Source: Takakia lepidozioides (taxonomy: Eukaryota > Plantae > Bryophyta). Taken from it: 64,000 nucleotides of DNA. Shown piece after piece: positions 12,373 through 27,165 of the stretch. The stretch covers positions 32,550,001-32,614,000 of the forward strand of contig CM060732.1 of assembly GCA_030704615.1 (NCBI GenBank). Reading direction: 5' to 3'. The position numbers and the translations under genes are program-made. Below the pieces are notes generated by a model. It worked only from the letters and a program-made list of their open reading frames with translations. It did no database searches and was not told where the DNA came from. How positions within the stretch are numbered: position 1 is the stretch's first letter; every line of letters starts with the position of its first letter.

Positions 12373-12494
12373 ACCTCATCTTGTATACCCACTAGTATCC
12401 GGTAGATGGTGTTGTCACCTGACTGGAGAAATATGAATTGGGGACAGTGATGGGGAACTTTTCAGGATTGAGTAACTGTGTAGAGTGAAGGCCT

Positions 12495-13194
12495 CAGAAG
12501 GGACACCTAAGAGATTGGGACCTTCAACTGCCTTGGCTAGCTATGGGCTATAGATTCAGCAAACAAGCTTCACTTGCCTCCTTCTCACCTTACTTTCTTC
12601 TCTTCGGCCGAGAGCCGGATTTGCCTGCATCTATTCGCAGGGAGGTTGCAATAGTTCTCAACCTTGATGATCCGGATGTGTGGACACAAGCATGTGCCCA
12701 ACGGGCAGAGTTTTTCAAGAGAATCATGCCTATGGCTTTTGAGAACCTTGCTATTGCCCAACACCGAGACACATTGAGGTACGTCACTATACGTGGAGGG
12801 GGATATCGGCCAAATGTTCGGCGTTTCCACCCTGGGGACTATGTGTATCTGCAGCAGACAGCACCTACGACCTTGGAGGTCACCGCAGGACGTGTGATTC
12901 TAAGGGTCAGGGAGATGTTGCCTTCAAGAGTGTTGATTCTGGAGGGTCGAGATGGCATGGTATGGAAGGACCATGTGCGCAATTGTGCGCCATGTCACCT
13001 TCTACATATGGATGGGAGGATAGATCCTAACCTTGCAGTGGTACCTGCAGGGTTGCGTTGCATGCTATGACGCCACAACCATGTTGGTGTGTGACAAATG
13101 CTCAAGGGGGTGGCACATGGGATGCTTGACACCGCCACTTGAGGAGGTTCCTATCGGGGAATGGTTGTGTCCACGATGCCTTGGACAGAGGTAG
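12495..13194 (+). pseudogene. Integrase C-terminal half followed by a PHD finger
   Basis: QKGHLRDWDLQLPWLAMGYRFS...FSPYFLLFGREP...FHPGDYVYL...RCML, a small deletion/frameshift, then TMLVCDKCSRGWHMGCLTPPLEEVPIGEWLCPRC; stop at 13192-13194. Confidence 0.9.
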
Positions 13195-14094
13195 TGGGCA
13201 TGACAATGGTGAGGCGGACAAGTGACCCAAGGTCTAGCTAGTGGGGCTTCAATGTCATGGATACTCAACTGAAGATCATGGATTGTATGAAGGCGACTAA
13301 CGATGGGGCTACGTTTGCACCCGGCCTCTTGATCTATGGACTTCAGGTGTTGGGACTTGTGCGATTGAAGACCAAGCGATGATCTTATTGGGGTGGATAC
13401 TTGCAAGCTATCCGGTGTTAGAAGGACCTAATCACCAGCTAGGGGGGCGATTATGGCGTGGCTTTCTAGGACTATATGCTAGGAAGTGTGGTTGGACAGC
13501 GATGTATGTTGTGGCACAATGCTTAGGTGCACAACAGGCTCTACCCTTGTAGTGCATCATGCTTCTCCTATAGAAGAGAGCCCACGCAAAGGTATCAAAC
13601 AAATTGAAGATCATGCTCATATGTTGCACGTTCCCAGTTCATTGGTCATATCAATCCATATAAATATCCACCCACTGTATCAATCTAGAAAAAAGGTCCA
13701 ATGCAGGGTTAACACCTCTCCTTCCATCAATAGTATCAATATCAATATCTTATCATCTTGGTTACCTTAAATAGTGCTTGACCAATTAAGATAACTGGAT
13801 TTATCAATCCACAAGCCATCATTAGCCTTGCCTAGTATATCATTGGTTATATCACCCCTAGTCAATGTAAGCCACTCACCTAAGATGAAACATTAAATCA
13901 ACCACCACCCATCTTTAGCACTGCTAAATTAAATACCATGGTCTAAAATCATTATATCCAACAGGTAAAGATAGAGGTATTTGGTATCCTTCGACTCGTT
14001 ATAAGATAAGTATAATATCACCTTGAGAGCCTCACAGCGTCTGTCTTTTCAGTCAGCGTCAGTGTAGTTGTGATTTTTTGTGAATTAACTCATC

Positions 14095-14650
14095 ATGGCA
14101 ACTGTGATGAAAAAAGAACTGTGGCATTTGCTTACTGTAGATGATTTGGATATGAGCGTTACAGATGCAGCATTTCAGAGTCATGTTTTGTGTCGTTACG
14201 GCAACCGGTACAAAACCAACAGTGTCTTTGATTCCCCAAGTGCATTTTCATATTTGCATTGTCATGTTACAGACATCTATAGATTTACTACGGTGACCAT
14301 CACAGTCTCTGATTCTCTTGTGCAGACTCACTCTTACAAGCTCACACAAGGAGCTTTCATACGTTTGGAGAACTTTTCAATCCATAATAAGCAAAAGTTC
14401 GAAAGAGGACTTGGATATCGTGGTCAAGATCAGGTGAGCCACCAAAGTGGAGATCATTGTTTCATTCGTTTCATTTTATCTTCACTTTCTCGCTAGTGAT
14501 ACTGTTATGACTATCGTCAAAAAAAGTGCTGAAAAAATTGTTATGGCTATTATTGTGATGGTGATCATCGCCGTACGTGGAGAAGTCGACAACAAATTTG
14601 AGCTTACCATTTGTGGATGGAAACACACAGTCCGATATCTAGATAGTACG
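14095..14650 (+). pseudogene. RPA1-like OB-fold protein relic (type carried by plant Helitrons)
   Basis: YLHCHVTD...VTITVSDSLVQTHSYKLTQGAFIRLENFSI...IVVKI..ATKVEII fits an OB-fold pattern. Frameshift near 14405. No Rep/helicase was seen. Confidence 0.5.
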
Positions 14651-14847
14651 TGCTCTCTGAAAAGTTATCAATCATTTCCATCTTGTGTGAATGAAATTGT
14701 CGGTCAACACAAATCGAAGAACTATCTCAATTTTTTCATGGATTCTAGTGTTTTGTCTTTTTTGTTAATGATAACTAATACTCTAATCTGTACTACTCTA
14801 TACCCTATAGATTAGAGTATAACTAAATACTCAAGTAACTATTAGAT

Positions 14848-15895
14848 TTTATTTTATTTTATATTTTGTTTTATTTGGTTAACAGGGGGAGTGCCCTGGT
14901 TAACTTTATTATAAAATATTTTGGGGGGCAAGCCCTAACTTATTATTTAGGATTATTTGGGGAAAAAAATTAAAACCTCTTAATGCCATAAGGCACACAC
15001 ACCGTGATCAGTGGATGGAGAAGTAGGCTAATCCGACCAGGAAGTACCCTAGGGATTAGCAACCAACCAATCCCACAGGCTTATTATTGTTTCAACGGTA
15101 ATTGAGCCTAGATGTTGTCACTGAGGATTTTATGTGTTTCCAGTTAACCTCCCAGTCGAATTCCGGGGATGCTGTGGATTGTCGAGCGCCTGTTTCGCCA
15201 TTGTAAGGGCGGAAGCTCCGGCCAGGTGCAAGAGTCCTCCAAGGAGGTGACACAGATGAGGTCGTGGCGAGCCCAGGTGTTCCTGAATGCCTCGTAGATG
15301 GCAGCCGCTCCTCGTGAATTTGCGTCGGATGTATGTACAAAGTTTAGCCTAGGCCTTACGAGATATTTAATTTATGCATATTAGTTTAAAATCTATTCGG
15401 TTACATTAGTTGTATACTTTAAATGATCCTACGGTGCAGAATTGGCGAGCCGACGATGAGCACTCTAGGCACGATAGTTGCGAGGCGTAGGCCGTATTCA
15501 TTTCTCCCGTTTGTAGGTTTCGATGAGGCTGTGCTTTGCGGGTTTTCAGGAGGCGGTGGTTTGGGGGAGTTATTCCGTTATTTGAGGGTAGCCTTGTGGG
15601 GTTATGGCTATCAACTTGAACCAAGTTTACCTTGTGGAAATCATGATTCCACCGGTTATGAATAACTCTTCTCCTCTGAAGGCTGCTCCCCTTCCTGACC
15701 CTTTGCACATTGTGGATGTTGTGGCATCCACAAGGGCTATTAGGAGCATTCGTAGGCATTTCTGCGATATGATGCAATAGCCAGAATTGTAGTTATGTTG
15801 CTTGGAACGTCACACCCACAACAAGCGCATTGTTTTGTACAATGCTTGGGTACCATGCGCCTTCCCCACCAGCCCAGGCATGAGATATCATGGAG
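14848..15895 (-). mobile_element. 5'-truncated L1-type LINE fragment (degraded ORF2 C-terminus, 3' UTR, A-rich tail)
   Basis: Translation RKA*AKLC...AAIYEAFRNTWARHDLIC is homologous to 32560-32760. A CAGGG..CCCTG hairpin (14883-14898) precedes the tail. Confidence 0.7.
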
Positions 15896-15899
15896 TCAT

Positions 15900-16130
15900 G
15901 CAGAGAGCACATAATAATTTGTTATCGACTTCTCCACATACGGCGATGATTACCACTACAATAGTCGCCATACCAAATCTTTTTAAATAGTATTACCAGC
16001 GAGAAAGTGAAGAGAAAATGAAACGAATGGAGTGATGATTTCCACTTTGGTGGCTGAGCTAATCTTGACCACGACATCCAAGTCCCATCTTTTGAACTTT
16101 TGCTTATTACGGAGTGAAAGGTTCTCCAAT
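15900..16130 (-). pseudogene. Second, inverted partial copy of the RPA-like sequence
   Basis: The reverse complement aligns with 14365-14650 (e.g. AATAAGCAAAAGTTC...GTGGTCAAGAT...GCCACCAAAGTGGA). Confidence 0.75.
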
Positions 16131-19100
16131 ATAGACATATGTTATATGTAAAATAACAAAAAATTCAAAGATATTTTCTTATATTTGGAACTTACTCTTG
16201 GTATCCTTTTCGGTTGGAAGATACAATTAGATTTCATCTTTGCAAAAGTAGAAAAATACATTCTAAGAACATCAATCTTTGATTTTATTTTTTTGTGCAA
16301 CATCATTTTCATTGTCAATGTAACCGAAAACCAACCCCCACAATGTTTGTAAACTCTAGCATATCCTTGCCAATCTAACCTAACAATCTCAAACTTGAAG
16401 GCGATTTTGTGATCAGTTGATTGTCGATTGTCCGCCATGATTCCTGCAACGGTAAGACAAAAAAGCTGATTTGGTCGACACACGTGCATTTTTCAAGTGC
16501 TTGAGGGTTGTCGGTACTCCATGTTAATCTCAAACAGGTACATAGGTACATAGTGTGTTGTTGTCGACCGAGCAATGGAAAGGTGAAGGAAGTGGAATAT
16601 ATCAATACCTTTTATCAACATGACCCACCCAAAGTCACTTAGGGTCCCATTTTAATGTATATGTTTTGGTTGGCATACCACGAAAATCCCATTTATTCCA
16701 AGGACAATAACAACTACCGCAAACCTGTAAGGTGATTTCATGACAATCTTGATTTCTCAAATGTTTTGAGCTACATGACAGACATCCATATAAGCATCTA
16801 TGGGGGCCTGATATTCACCTCGCGAATCATCACTAACATGTCACTCTCTGTTGGATGTTTTTAGAGAATATTTTATTGGGAGGATTTTGCCTTCAATCAA
16901 CGTTGCAAGTGTTCTTCACTTTGTTTACAATATTTTGATCACATCCCTCCCACCTCTACCCCATTTACAATCCTCCACACGGTGGCCAAATACTTAAGAT
17001 AAAGTGTAACTCGCTCACATGAGACTTCATACTCAATGTAAGTGTAATATGACTAGAAGATCATATCATATTCGCATTGTCTCGTATCCCAAAAACTTGG
17101 CAGTGAGGTTATCAATAACTATGCTTTTAATTTTCCCTTGGAACATATAGGTGAAAGACATTATCACTTACTTACCCATAGGTAGTACCCTCTAAATATC
17201 TAATGTCTTTTGTACCATGATTTCAACTTGCAAGATTTTGCCAAATGTTAGCATAAACAACCATGACCGTATGTCATTGTCTATGGATCGTTACATAGCA
17301 TTTCTATTGAACATCTTATTTGTAGGGGAAATCACACGAAGAATTAAATCTAATATGCAAGAATGTCTTACTATCAATTAGCCACCCAGGGTATTCCGTT
17401 CTTTCACATCTAGAATAAATTGGCAAAACACTAGTAAGATCTTTGAAATTGGAACATTCATAACTTGCTTGAGCAATATATTTGTAACCATTATGGCAAT
17501 CAACAAACTCATTTTTGGATTTCCATATATCTCATCCCAAAATGTTATCCCTATGACGAAGATCTTCAACACATATATACAAAATAGTAAGGGGACTGTG
17601 AGGCAACAGGCTTGGCTGCAGCCTATCCTGAATTCAAGGAGCACTCTTTTCTCTAAGTGGAGAGATGTCATAACACAATCTTCCTTCACAGAACAGGGTA
17701 CCTTGACATCCACATATTCACTGATGTGACGCAAATATTCCTGACACTGTTGTTCTCTGTTTGCCTGTGATCCCATTCAAAGACTTTCCAGCTTTGTCTT
17801 GTTTGGTGTCTGCGAAGAGATACCATCAGGTATGGCTTCGATTTCATCTTCCCATCCACTTCAATCCTCCCGCACTCCGACATACTCACCTCTGACACAC
17901 GAAGCTTCCGCACGGTTCCTTTCACAGTAGATTCCACAAGAATCACAGCGGACGATCGACACGATATTTTTGATTGGGTAGCTCTAGCTGTAGTGTCCGC
18001 ATTCTTAGTTTGGGGCAGTGAGGGAGATGGTGAGGGAGAGAGGTGCGTTCAGGAGGGAGGCGGTGAGAGAGAATAGGGGGTTCAGGAGCGAGGTTCTGAG
18101 GGAGAGTAGGGCATTTAGGGATTTGACACTTGCCTATGATCTATAAGGTTTGCAAAGTGTGATGTAAAAGTTAGTAAGAGACAAAGCCCAGAAAGCAATA
18201 AAATAAGTGAACAGGTGCACTCATGTGGTCGCCGGACGTCATAGCATTTTGTTCTTGCCTGTAATATCTTCAACAAAGACATGGTTGTGGTATTTTCTAC
18301 CAAATGGCCACCGCAGATATCCAAATTTGTTTCCACTGTAACATCCATATGAGATAAAAGAGCAAGCAAATAGCAGCTTACGTTTCGACAAGAGGCATCC
18401 GCCATATCTTCCTCACACCAGCTATTTGGGCTGTCACCCCCAAGCTCCTCAGCCAACCTGTCACATGGTGTGAAAGCCTTGAACACCATCACAGTGATTA
18501 CATCAAGATGTTAGCTAACTTGCCAATGAGTGACCATGGATTCAAAAGAGAATTCTCAATCCTTATATTCTAGCTCAAATGACACAATTATTTTATCATA
18601 TGGTCCGAAAAAAATCTTATACTGACAGTCAATAAACATCTAGCAGAATCTCAAACACATATGTTAATGGATCGTAGATTCTGCAAGTTCATGCATTCCG
18701 GATGTCATTAATAAGTAAGAATATGTCATAAGTTACCTCTAACCCAACATCCATCATTTCTTTAACAAACAAACAATACACTTTTCAAGCATTTGGATAT
18801 CAACCCTGAAGACTTAACCCTGATGGATAAATCTGACTTGGGAGGCTTAAATATCTAATGTATGTTGCCCTGAGACTGTCCAATTCAGAGAATTTTTTTG
18901 GCATAAAACTACCCCATGATCGTGACAATAACCATACATAACAACCACTATACAAATTCCTGCAGATGCGAAGTCGTGATGAGTTATCAAATTTCAAGAG
19001 TGTCAAACAGGAAACAACCTTTCCTCCGGACAATAGCCTCAGTGCCACTATCCTCGCACCATAAATTCACTGTTGCTTCTTCATGGTGGATACACATCAT

Positions 19101-20954
19101 GGAGGTTGTGAGCACAAAATTTCATGAAGATAATAGACTTGCAAAGAGACATCATGCCCAGATAGTAGAAATAACAAGAAACACCAGAGCTGCCAATAGA
19201 AAACAATCTGCCACTATGGATCCAAAAGCCTGGAAATGACACAGAATGCACAATATTGCCAAACATTTTGTTCCTCCACAGTTAGCTATGATGATGTCCA
19301 GATAGCTTATACACAGACACCGCCTTAGCGTGAGCATACACATCATCATCATACATCATCATCATCATCGTCATACACATAATTGTAGAGCCATTACACA
19401 TCCCGCAGAGCCATACACACCATAAACCTCCTTTATCGGAGATTTTAATATCAATCTTCACAAATCCAACAGAGAATCTGACTCACTTCACTCATTCATG
19501 AAAAACTACAACTTTCACCTTACATTCAATGAACCTACGACAAACTAAAATTCTCAATTAGATCATATATGGATTAGCTCACCTACGCAACATTGTTTGT
19601 CTGAAACAAAATAAGCATATTGGACCGACCACAAACCCATTTATTAGCATTCAAACTTTCAGATTACGTCAGTCACTTTACAACCGACTTGTAACTACAA
19701 TAAGGCAGGGCTCGCATTTATTCTATGCGTTTGTTTTAGATTCCAATCAAATCTTAATCAGATTGTATTTATATACTTTATAAGTTTTAATTTAAATAAT
19801 ATATTTATATACAGAAAATAATTATAGAAATCCAAGAATTATCTCAGTGTTTTTCATGATTCTAGTGTTTTTGTCTTTTTTTTATGATAACTAATCTATA
19901 GTAGAATAACAATGAGATGTCAATAATTCTAAGATTATAACTTCATTGTCTTGTCCAGCATATGGCCCACGATATTACAAATGATACTAAAATAGAAAGG
20001 AAACATCAACAAATTAATCATAATATGACTAAAAATGAAGATAAGAAATCCAAACAAATGTGTTTCATGTAGCTCATGATCAACTTGTTCATATGTCTGC
20101 GTGTTCCCGGTTCATTGGTCATATCAACCCATACCTAAATATCCACCCACATATATCACAATAGTTAAATTTAGATGAACATTTCTTAACAAATATGGAA
20201 ATTCATATTGCCAACGATATCATATACGCCATCTGAGTACTATTGTGCACTTTCAGCTAACGTACGGAAACACAATCATTTTTTTATTTTTTATTTTTTT
20301 GTCATTTTTGTATCTTTGCCACATGGGAAGCTACTGTTGCATTGTTCTTAAAACATCATTTAATTCGGACTACAAATCCAAAGATATGTCCGAAATAAAT
20401 TATGTTGGCTTCCCATAATATTGTTAATATTTCATTATATAGAGAAGCACAAATTAGTCATATTTGCTGGTTCTCGACAGATGCAGCAATGTATGATCTA
20501 ATGAAAAACTTATGCAAATGCAACATGTATCTAATGAAGAACACAATCATGATTTTTTTTTGAAGATGTAAAAGAAAATATAAATAATTTTCATATGAAA
20601 TTTCAATTTTATGAGGCTACAGTCTGCCCTGGATAAATGTTACCTCTATAAACGTTAAACTACCATAAATGTTAAGAAATTTTTACTTCCCTACTTGTGC
20701 ACACTAGCAAATGTTAAGTGTTATTTGTTAACAATTGTTTACTCCCCTCTTTATTTATTTGCCCTCAATAAATATTAAGTGCACCATAAAGGCTTCACCT
20801 AACACGAATAACTTGAGGTTACTGCATTGTTGAGGCAACTTTCCTTGGTCTCTAAGAATACTACTAATATGGACGCCCAAAAGTTTGTCAATTATGAGGT
20901 TGAGTTTGATCTTAACAATCATCTTTCTCAAGTTGAGCCTCACCGCGCCTAGCT

Positions 20955-23585
20955 ATGGCGCTGTAGTGTGGATTCCCCATGGCGTGGGGTGCACTTGGCT
21001 TGACTTGTATTTGAGTGATGAGGTTATATATGCATGAGTTTATGCTTCAGCTTTGTGAGCTCGCATGAGCTTGTGCTTGTATTCTTCTTCTTTATCACTT
21101 GAGAAAGATGAGCTCGTATCTGTGAGTGCCAGATACGAGTTAGTTGTAGCACTTGTGGTTTTTGCTTGAGAATGAGAGAAACTAGGTTGTTATGCAAGGA
21201 GCACCGTGGAGCTCTTAGTTGTTAGAAGCGGAGGCGATGTGGGTACGAGGTGGTAGACCTTGACATTCGATCTTCAGCTTCAGAGATGAAAGCACCATAC
21301 TGCAGGTAATTCCAGAGCACCTTGATGGTTTCAGATTGTGTACATGCATGAGCAAGCACGATTGAGAAGAGGACCAGTCAAGAGCAGGTTATAGTGGCTT
21401 TGGTGGCAAAGCTGAGAACTGGACTTGGGAATGCGAGCTTTCATTGTGTGAAGGATTGCAAGACCAAGCGAAAGGGTTGATTTGGCTTGGGGCAAATCAG
21501 TGCACTTTGTGGAGTATGTTGAGAGTGGGTTTCAATCTCGAGCTTCAGCATTGAGAGGGCTCTTGTCATGGCAAGAGTAGGGCTGGAACAAGAGCTAAGA
21601 GGTGCGGCAAGGCCATGGAATGTGCACCTAGGGTTTCAGAGCTTGGAAGAAGAGCTCTTGCATCACAAGAGGAGTGTCTTGTGGCTGGAAATGTAAACCT
21701 TAGGGTTTCAGGAGCTTGGCAAAGGCCATGGAGTGCTTAGTCTTGTCTTAGAGAGCATCAAGGAGCCAAGGAGCCAAGATAGGGGGCTGATACCTCTTGT
21801 GTGAAGAGGTTGCATGTGTGGAGCATATATTCAGCTCATTGAAGCTTCTATCTTCAAGCTTGGAGGGCAAGCAAGGAATTGGGAAGGGCTTACTTCCCTT
21901 ATGTGAGGGCAATGCATGTGTGGAGCATGCTTTCGGCCTGTTGAAAGCTTGTACTTTCAAGTTTGGGAGTGCAAGAAAGGAAGGAAGGGGCTGATTTCCC
22001 TGTAGGGCATGTGTGAAGCATGCTTCCAGCCCGCTGAAGCTTGTATTTTCAGGTTGGTGGGTGCAAGAAATGAAGCAAAGGGGCTGATTCTCTTGTGGTG
22101 AAAGTGGGGCATGTGTGGAGCATGCCTTCAGTCCATTGGGCTTTTGTTTTCAAGCTTTAGAGAACTAGAAGAGAAGGTAAGGGGCTGATCTGCTCTTATG
22201 TGACAGTCCGACACTTGTACAGCGTGTTCTTAGTTGGGTTTCAACCTCAAGCCTAGATAGAGCATGGCTCTTGAAGTGGCAGATGTAGGGGGTTGGAATA
22301 GGCTCTAAAACAGATGCTATGGCCAAGGAAAACGCTTGAATGAGTGTTCACAAGGGCTGGAAACTAGCAAGGCTTGGTTGTTTGCCATTGAGTTTAGTGG
22401 CGTGTTTGGGGAGTCTAAGTGAGAAAGAAGACTTGGTTTGTGGCAACCATCTTCCTCATGGCTTAGGGCTACTATTGGTGGTGTGTGGGAGCCGAAAGAG
22501 CAAGAATACCTTGCTGATTTTTTCACAGCCGCCATACCGGTGCAAAGAAGCCTAGAGTCCAAGAGACACAAACCCTAGCTTGGCGTGGCTAAACCCCTTG
22601 GAGAAATGGCTAAACTGCCATGAGTGGCCATGGATGGGGCTGTGATGGGCTGTGACAGGCTGTGGCCTTTGGGGCTGTGACCCTGTGACCTTTGTAGGGC
22701 TGTGACAGGCTGTGCCTGTGGCCTTTGGGGTTGTGATGGGCTGTGACATGCTGTGACATGCTGTGACCTGTGGCCGTGGGGGCTGTGATAGGCTGTGACA
22801 TGTGGCCTTTGGGGCTGTGACGGGCTGCGGCCTGTGGGGCGATGACCCTGTGACCTGTGTAGGGCTGTGACAGGCTGTGGCCTGTGTGGGGCTGTGACGG
22901 CTGTGACCAGTGAGCTGTGTGGGCCTGTGCTGGTCTGTGGTGGCCCGTGTTGACCTGTGGACGGCCTGTGCTGACTCGTGGAGGCACTGGTGGACTGCCT
23001 AAGGACTGGCATGTGGTCTTGAAGGCCGAATTTGGAAGCTCGTGGAGGGCGGGTTGAGGAGTATCTTTATGATATTCCCATGGTCATGCAAGTGAGGGAA
23101 GAGAGGAGAGGAAGAGTGTTGGGATGAGGGCATGCTGGGGTTAGGCATTGCTTTAGCTTCTCTTCCTCGTAGTTTCCACCATCTCATTAGGCCAAGACCT
23201 TTCCGTAGGTGGAGGCAAGAGTCAGTCCGGGTTTGGGCTGGGATGTCCTTGTAGGAGCAACACCGTGGAGTTGTTTTTGGGGTGGGGGAGTTGTCGTTCT
23301 GATTTCTTGTGTTTGGATCCCCTCCATACCTGCATGCTTGATTGTGCGCCATGCTAGTTTTGTGTGGGCGCTTGTTTTTATAGGTGATTGGTCCGGATTT
23401 GATCACCGGCCAGTCCTAGAGCATGTTGTCGATGGTGAGGCTGGGGTGATGACCAGCCAGACCATCATTGTTTCTCCTGTGGTGAGGTTGGAGGTGATGA
23501 CCAGCCAACCATAGGAGTGCTTGCGGTGGATGCAGGTACAAGTATAGGCTATGTTAGGAACCTAGTATTATTTGAAGTTATACAC
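20955..23585 (+). mobile_element. Non-coding LTR/leader-like relic related to 4800-5335
   Basis: 22105-22330 aligns with 4865-5090 (GCATGTGTGGAGCATG...TTCAAGCTT...GGGTTTCAA...AGAGCATG...GAAGTGGCA). Both regions contain ACAAACCCTAGCTTGG followed by a tandem array. Limits are approximate. Confidence 0.55.
22635..22990 (+). repeat. GGCTGTGA/CCTGTG-rich degenerate minisatellite
   Basis: Dozens of CTGTG(A/G) units at ~7-10 bp spacing. Confidence 0.9.
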
Positions 23586-23949
23586 ATGCCCAAGTTTTCT
23601 TTGTTTAGAATGGACATTAGCAGTAATTTTGTGAAAATTCCACATCCACGTGGGTGTAACTCCCTTGACACCTATCAGTGGAGGGGACGATAGGGTGACA
23701 CGAGCCAGGAAATGCTGTGCAAATCTCACAGAGCCCTCTTGAGGAACTTAAAAGGTCACAGTGTACTTTATTTGTGGATGAGTACAGCTGTAACAGAGGC
23801 AGATCTATATCATTATTCATATCCATCTTGGTAAAGGTTTCTCGGAAGCTCAGAGCCAACTTAAGGGGAACACCCGGAATTGGTTTGAGCTGTGACCAAA
23901 TGTTGACCCATTTTGCATTCCCACGAACTGGGATAAGTCCCCAAGGCTA

Positions 23950-25560
<1,611 letters not shown>

Positions 25561-25805
25561 CCTGTAAGACCTAGGGTTTGCAACAGTAACTGAAATCCTA
25601 AGTGTGAGTAGAACAACTAAACGAGCCATCCTTTACTTGTATAGACAACTTAACTTATCAGAAATGAAATGAATGAATGAATGAAATGCCTTGTATCTGT
25701 ATATTAGAAGCCATGAGCATACAAAGGTCCAAAAAGAGCACGTGACCCCATCTTCCATCCAGGCAAGCATGTCCTCCATGGCTAGAACTGCCACCTGGAC
25801 ATTGT

Positions 25806-26260
25806 ATAGGAAACACCCAACTCAACTTATCACACTAGTTCCTATGCTCAATTGCATCTGCTACTCTCTGTAATCCAACAGGCATTCATCTTTCTGCCTC
25901 TATTGTCCCACCATTAACTGGGGTCAGAAAAGTATTCATTCCACAACTTCTCCTCGAGTCTCTGTTACCTGTTTTTGGATACTTTCATGTTGTCACATTG
26001 GCAATATCATGTTGAAGTCACTCCAAACTATCAATAGGAAACACCCAACTCAACTTATCACACTAGTTCCTATGCTCAATTGCATTTGCTACTCTCTGTA
26101 ATCCAACAGACATTCACCTTTTTGTCTCGATTGTCCCACCATTGACTGGGGTGAGAAAAGTATTCATTCCACAGCTTCTCCTCGTCTCTGTTATCTGTTT
26201 CTAGATACTTTCATGTTGTCACAATGGCACTATCATGTCAAAGTCACTCCAAACTATCAA
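25806..26260. repeat. Tandem duplication, 2 x ~228 bp
   Basis: ATAGGAAACACCCAACTCAACTTATCACACTAGTTCCTATGCTCAATTGCAT at 25806 and 26034. Confidence 0.92.
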
Positions 26261-26809
26261 AGATTCACTCAACCAGCTAACTTGCAGAATTCAACATGGA
26301 AATGTAGGGCCGATTCTGATAAGAGGGAAAACAGGGTGAAATGTGTTGAAGAAGGTCCTTCATTAGCAGTGCTTGATTTTATCAATTGTGTTGTTGCTGC
26401 TGCGCCTTCCAGTCGACCATCTACCCATGGATGTTTCTTGTAGCTATCCTTCCACATGTAATCATACGCAAGCTTGTGCTTGATATCTGACCCCCTTCGA
26501 TGAATCTGGACCCACACTCTATCCCTGATCCTTCAGCTATCCATGCCTCTACACAAATCCTGCGTACATCAGGGATGCCTCGACGTGAGCCTGGTCACGT
26601 GAGCGTGTGAGCGCAACTGCGCTCACGCCACGTCACCTTGCGCCAATGCCACATCACGGGGCTCACTCCACGTCATCACACTTGAAGACCGCGTCACCAC
26701 GCGCCCAGGAAGAAGTGGAGTGTATTCCCGCGGATTGGCACCCTTTACCGCGGAAACAAGCTGGACGACATAATAAAAGGCAGTGGTCATTCCCACCTGA
26801 AAGCAACAG

Positions 26810-27165
26810 ATGAATAAAGGATGGATGAATGTACAGTTGGATGATAAACAGATGGATGAGTGTGAAAAATGAATGTAGATGGATGAATGAGGGATGGATA
26901 AGAGTCAAATGGATGAATGTATAATGGATGTTGAGCAATGAAAAACATTCATGACAGGAAGATGCATGACTAAAACTTTAGACGAATGCACAACGTATAT
27001 GACATGAGTGTGGTAGGTTTGTGGGGTGGATTAAAGAGTACAGAGGATGAATGTACAATGGATGTTGAACAAAGGAAAACATTCATGAATGGAGCACGCA
27101 TGAATACACTGTAGATGAAAGCACAATGGATATGACAAGAGTGAGGGAGGTTTGTGAGATGGATT
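26810..27165 (+). repeat. GGATGAA-rich low-complexity tract with a ~135-bp duplication
   Basis: GGATGAATGTA.AATGGATGTTGA.CAA.G.AAAACATTCATGA at 26911 and 27046. Confidence 0.7.

Larger units (their letters stand above)
4261..13590 (+). mobile_element. Degenerate Ty3/Gypsy LTR retrotransposon with a DNA methyltransferase domain and a PHD finger; internal ~5973-12489 segment inverted
   Basis: gag, 2 zinc knuckles, PR, DNMT, RT, RH and N-terminal IN lie on the minus strand. C-terminal IN, PHD and a PPT (AGGGGGGCGA, 13441-13450) lie on the plus strand. Outer limits are approximate: TGTCATGG at 4261 is only a candidate LTR start, and no matching LTR pair or TSD was found. Confidence 0.85.

Noticed and set aside
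13451-13590. 3' LTR matching the candidate 5' LTR at 4261
   Set aside because: The sequence after the PPT does not align with 4261 onward, so LTRs and TSD are left undefined.
16142-16489. Kinase subdomain I-like string EIVRLDWQGYARVYK
   Set aside because: No GxGxxG, HRD or DFG motifs were found in register.
22575-23012. Ser/Pro/Gln/His-rich ORFs
   Set aside because: These are translations of the GGCTGTGA minisatellite.
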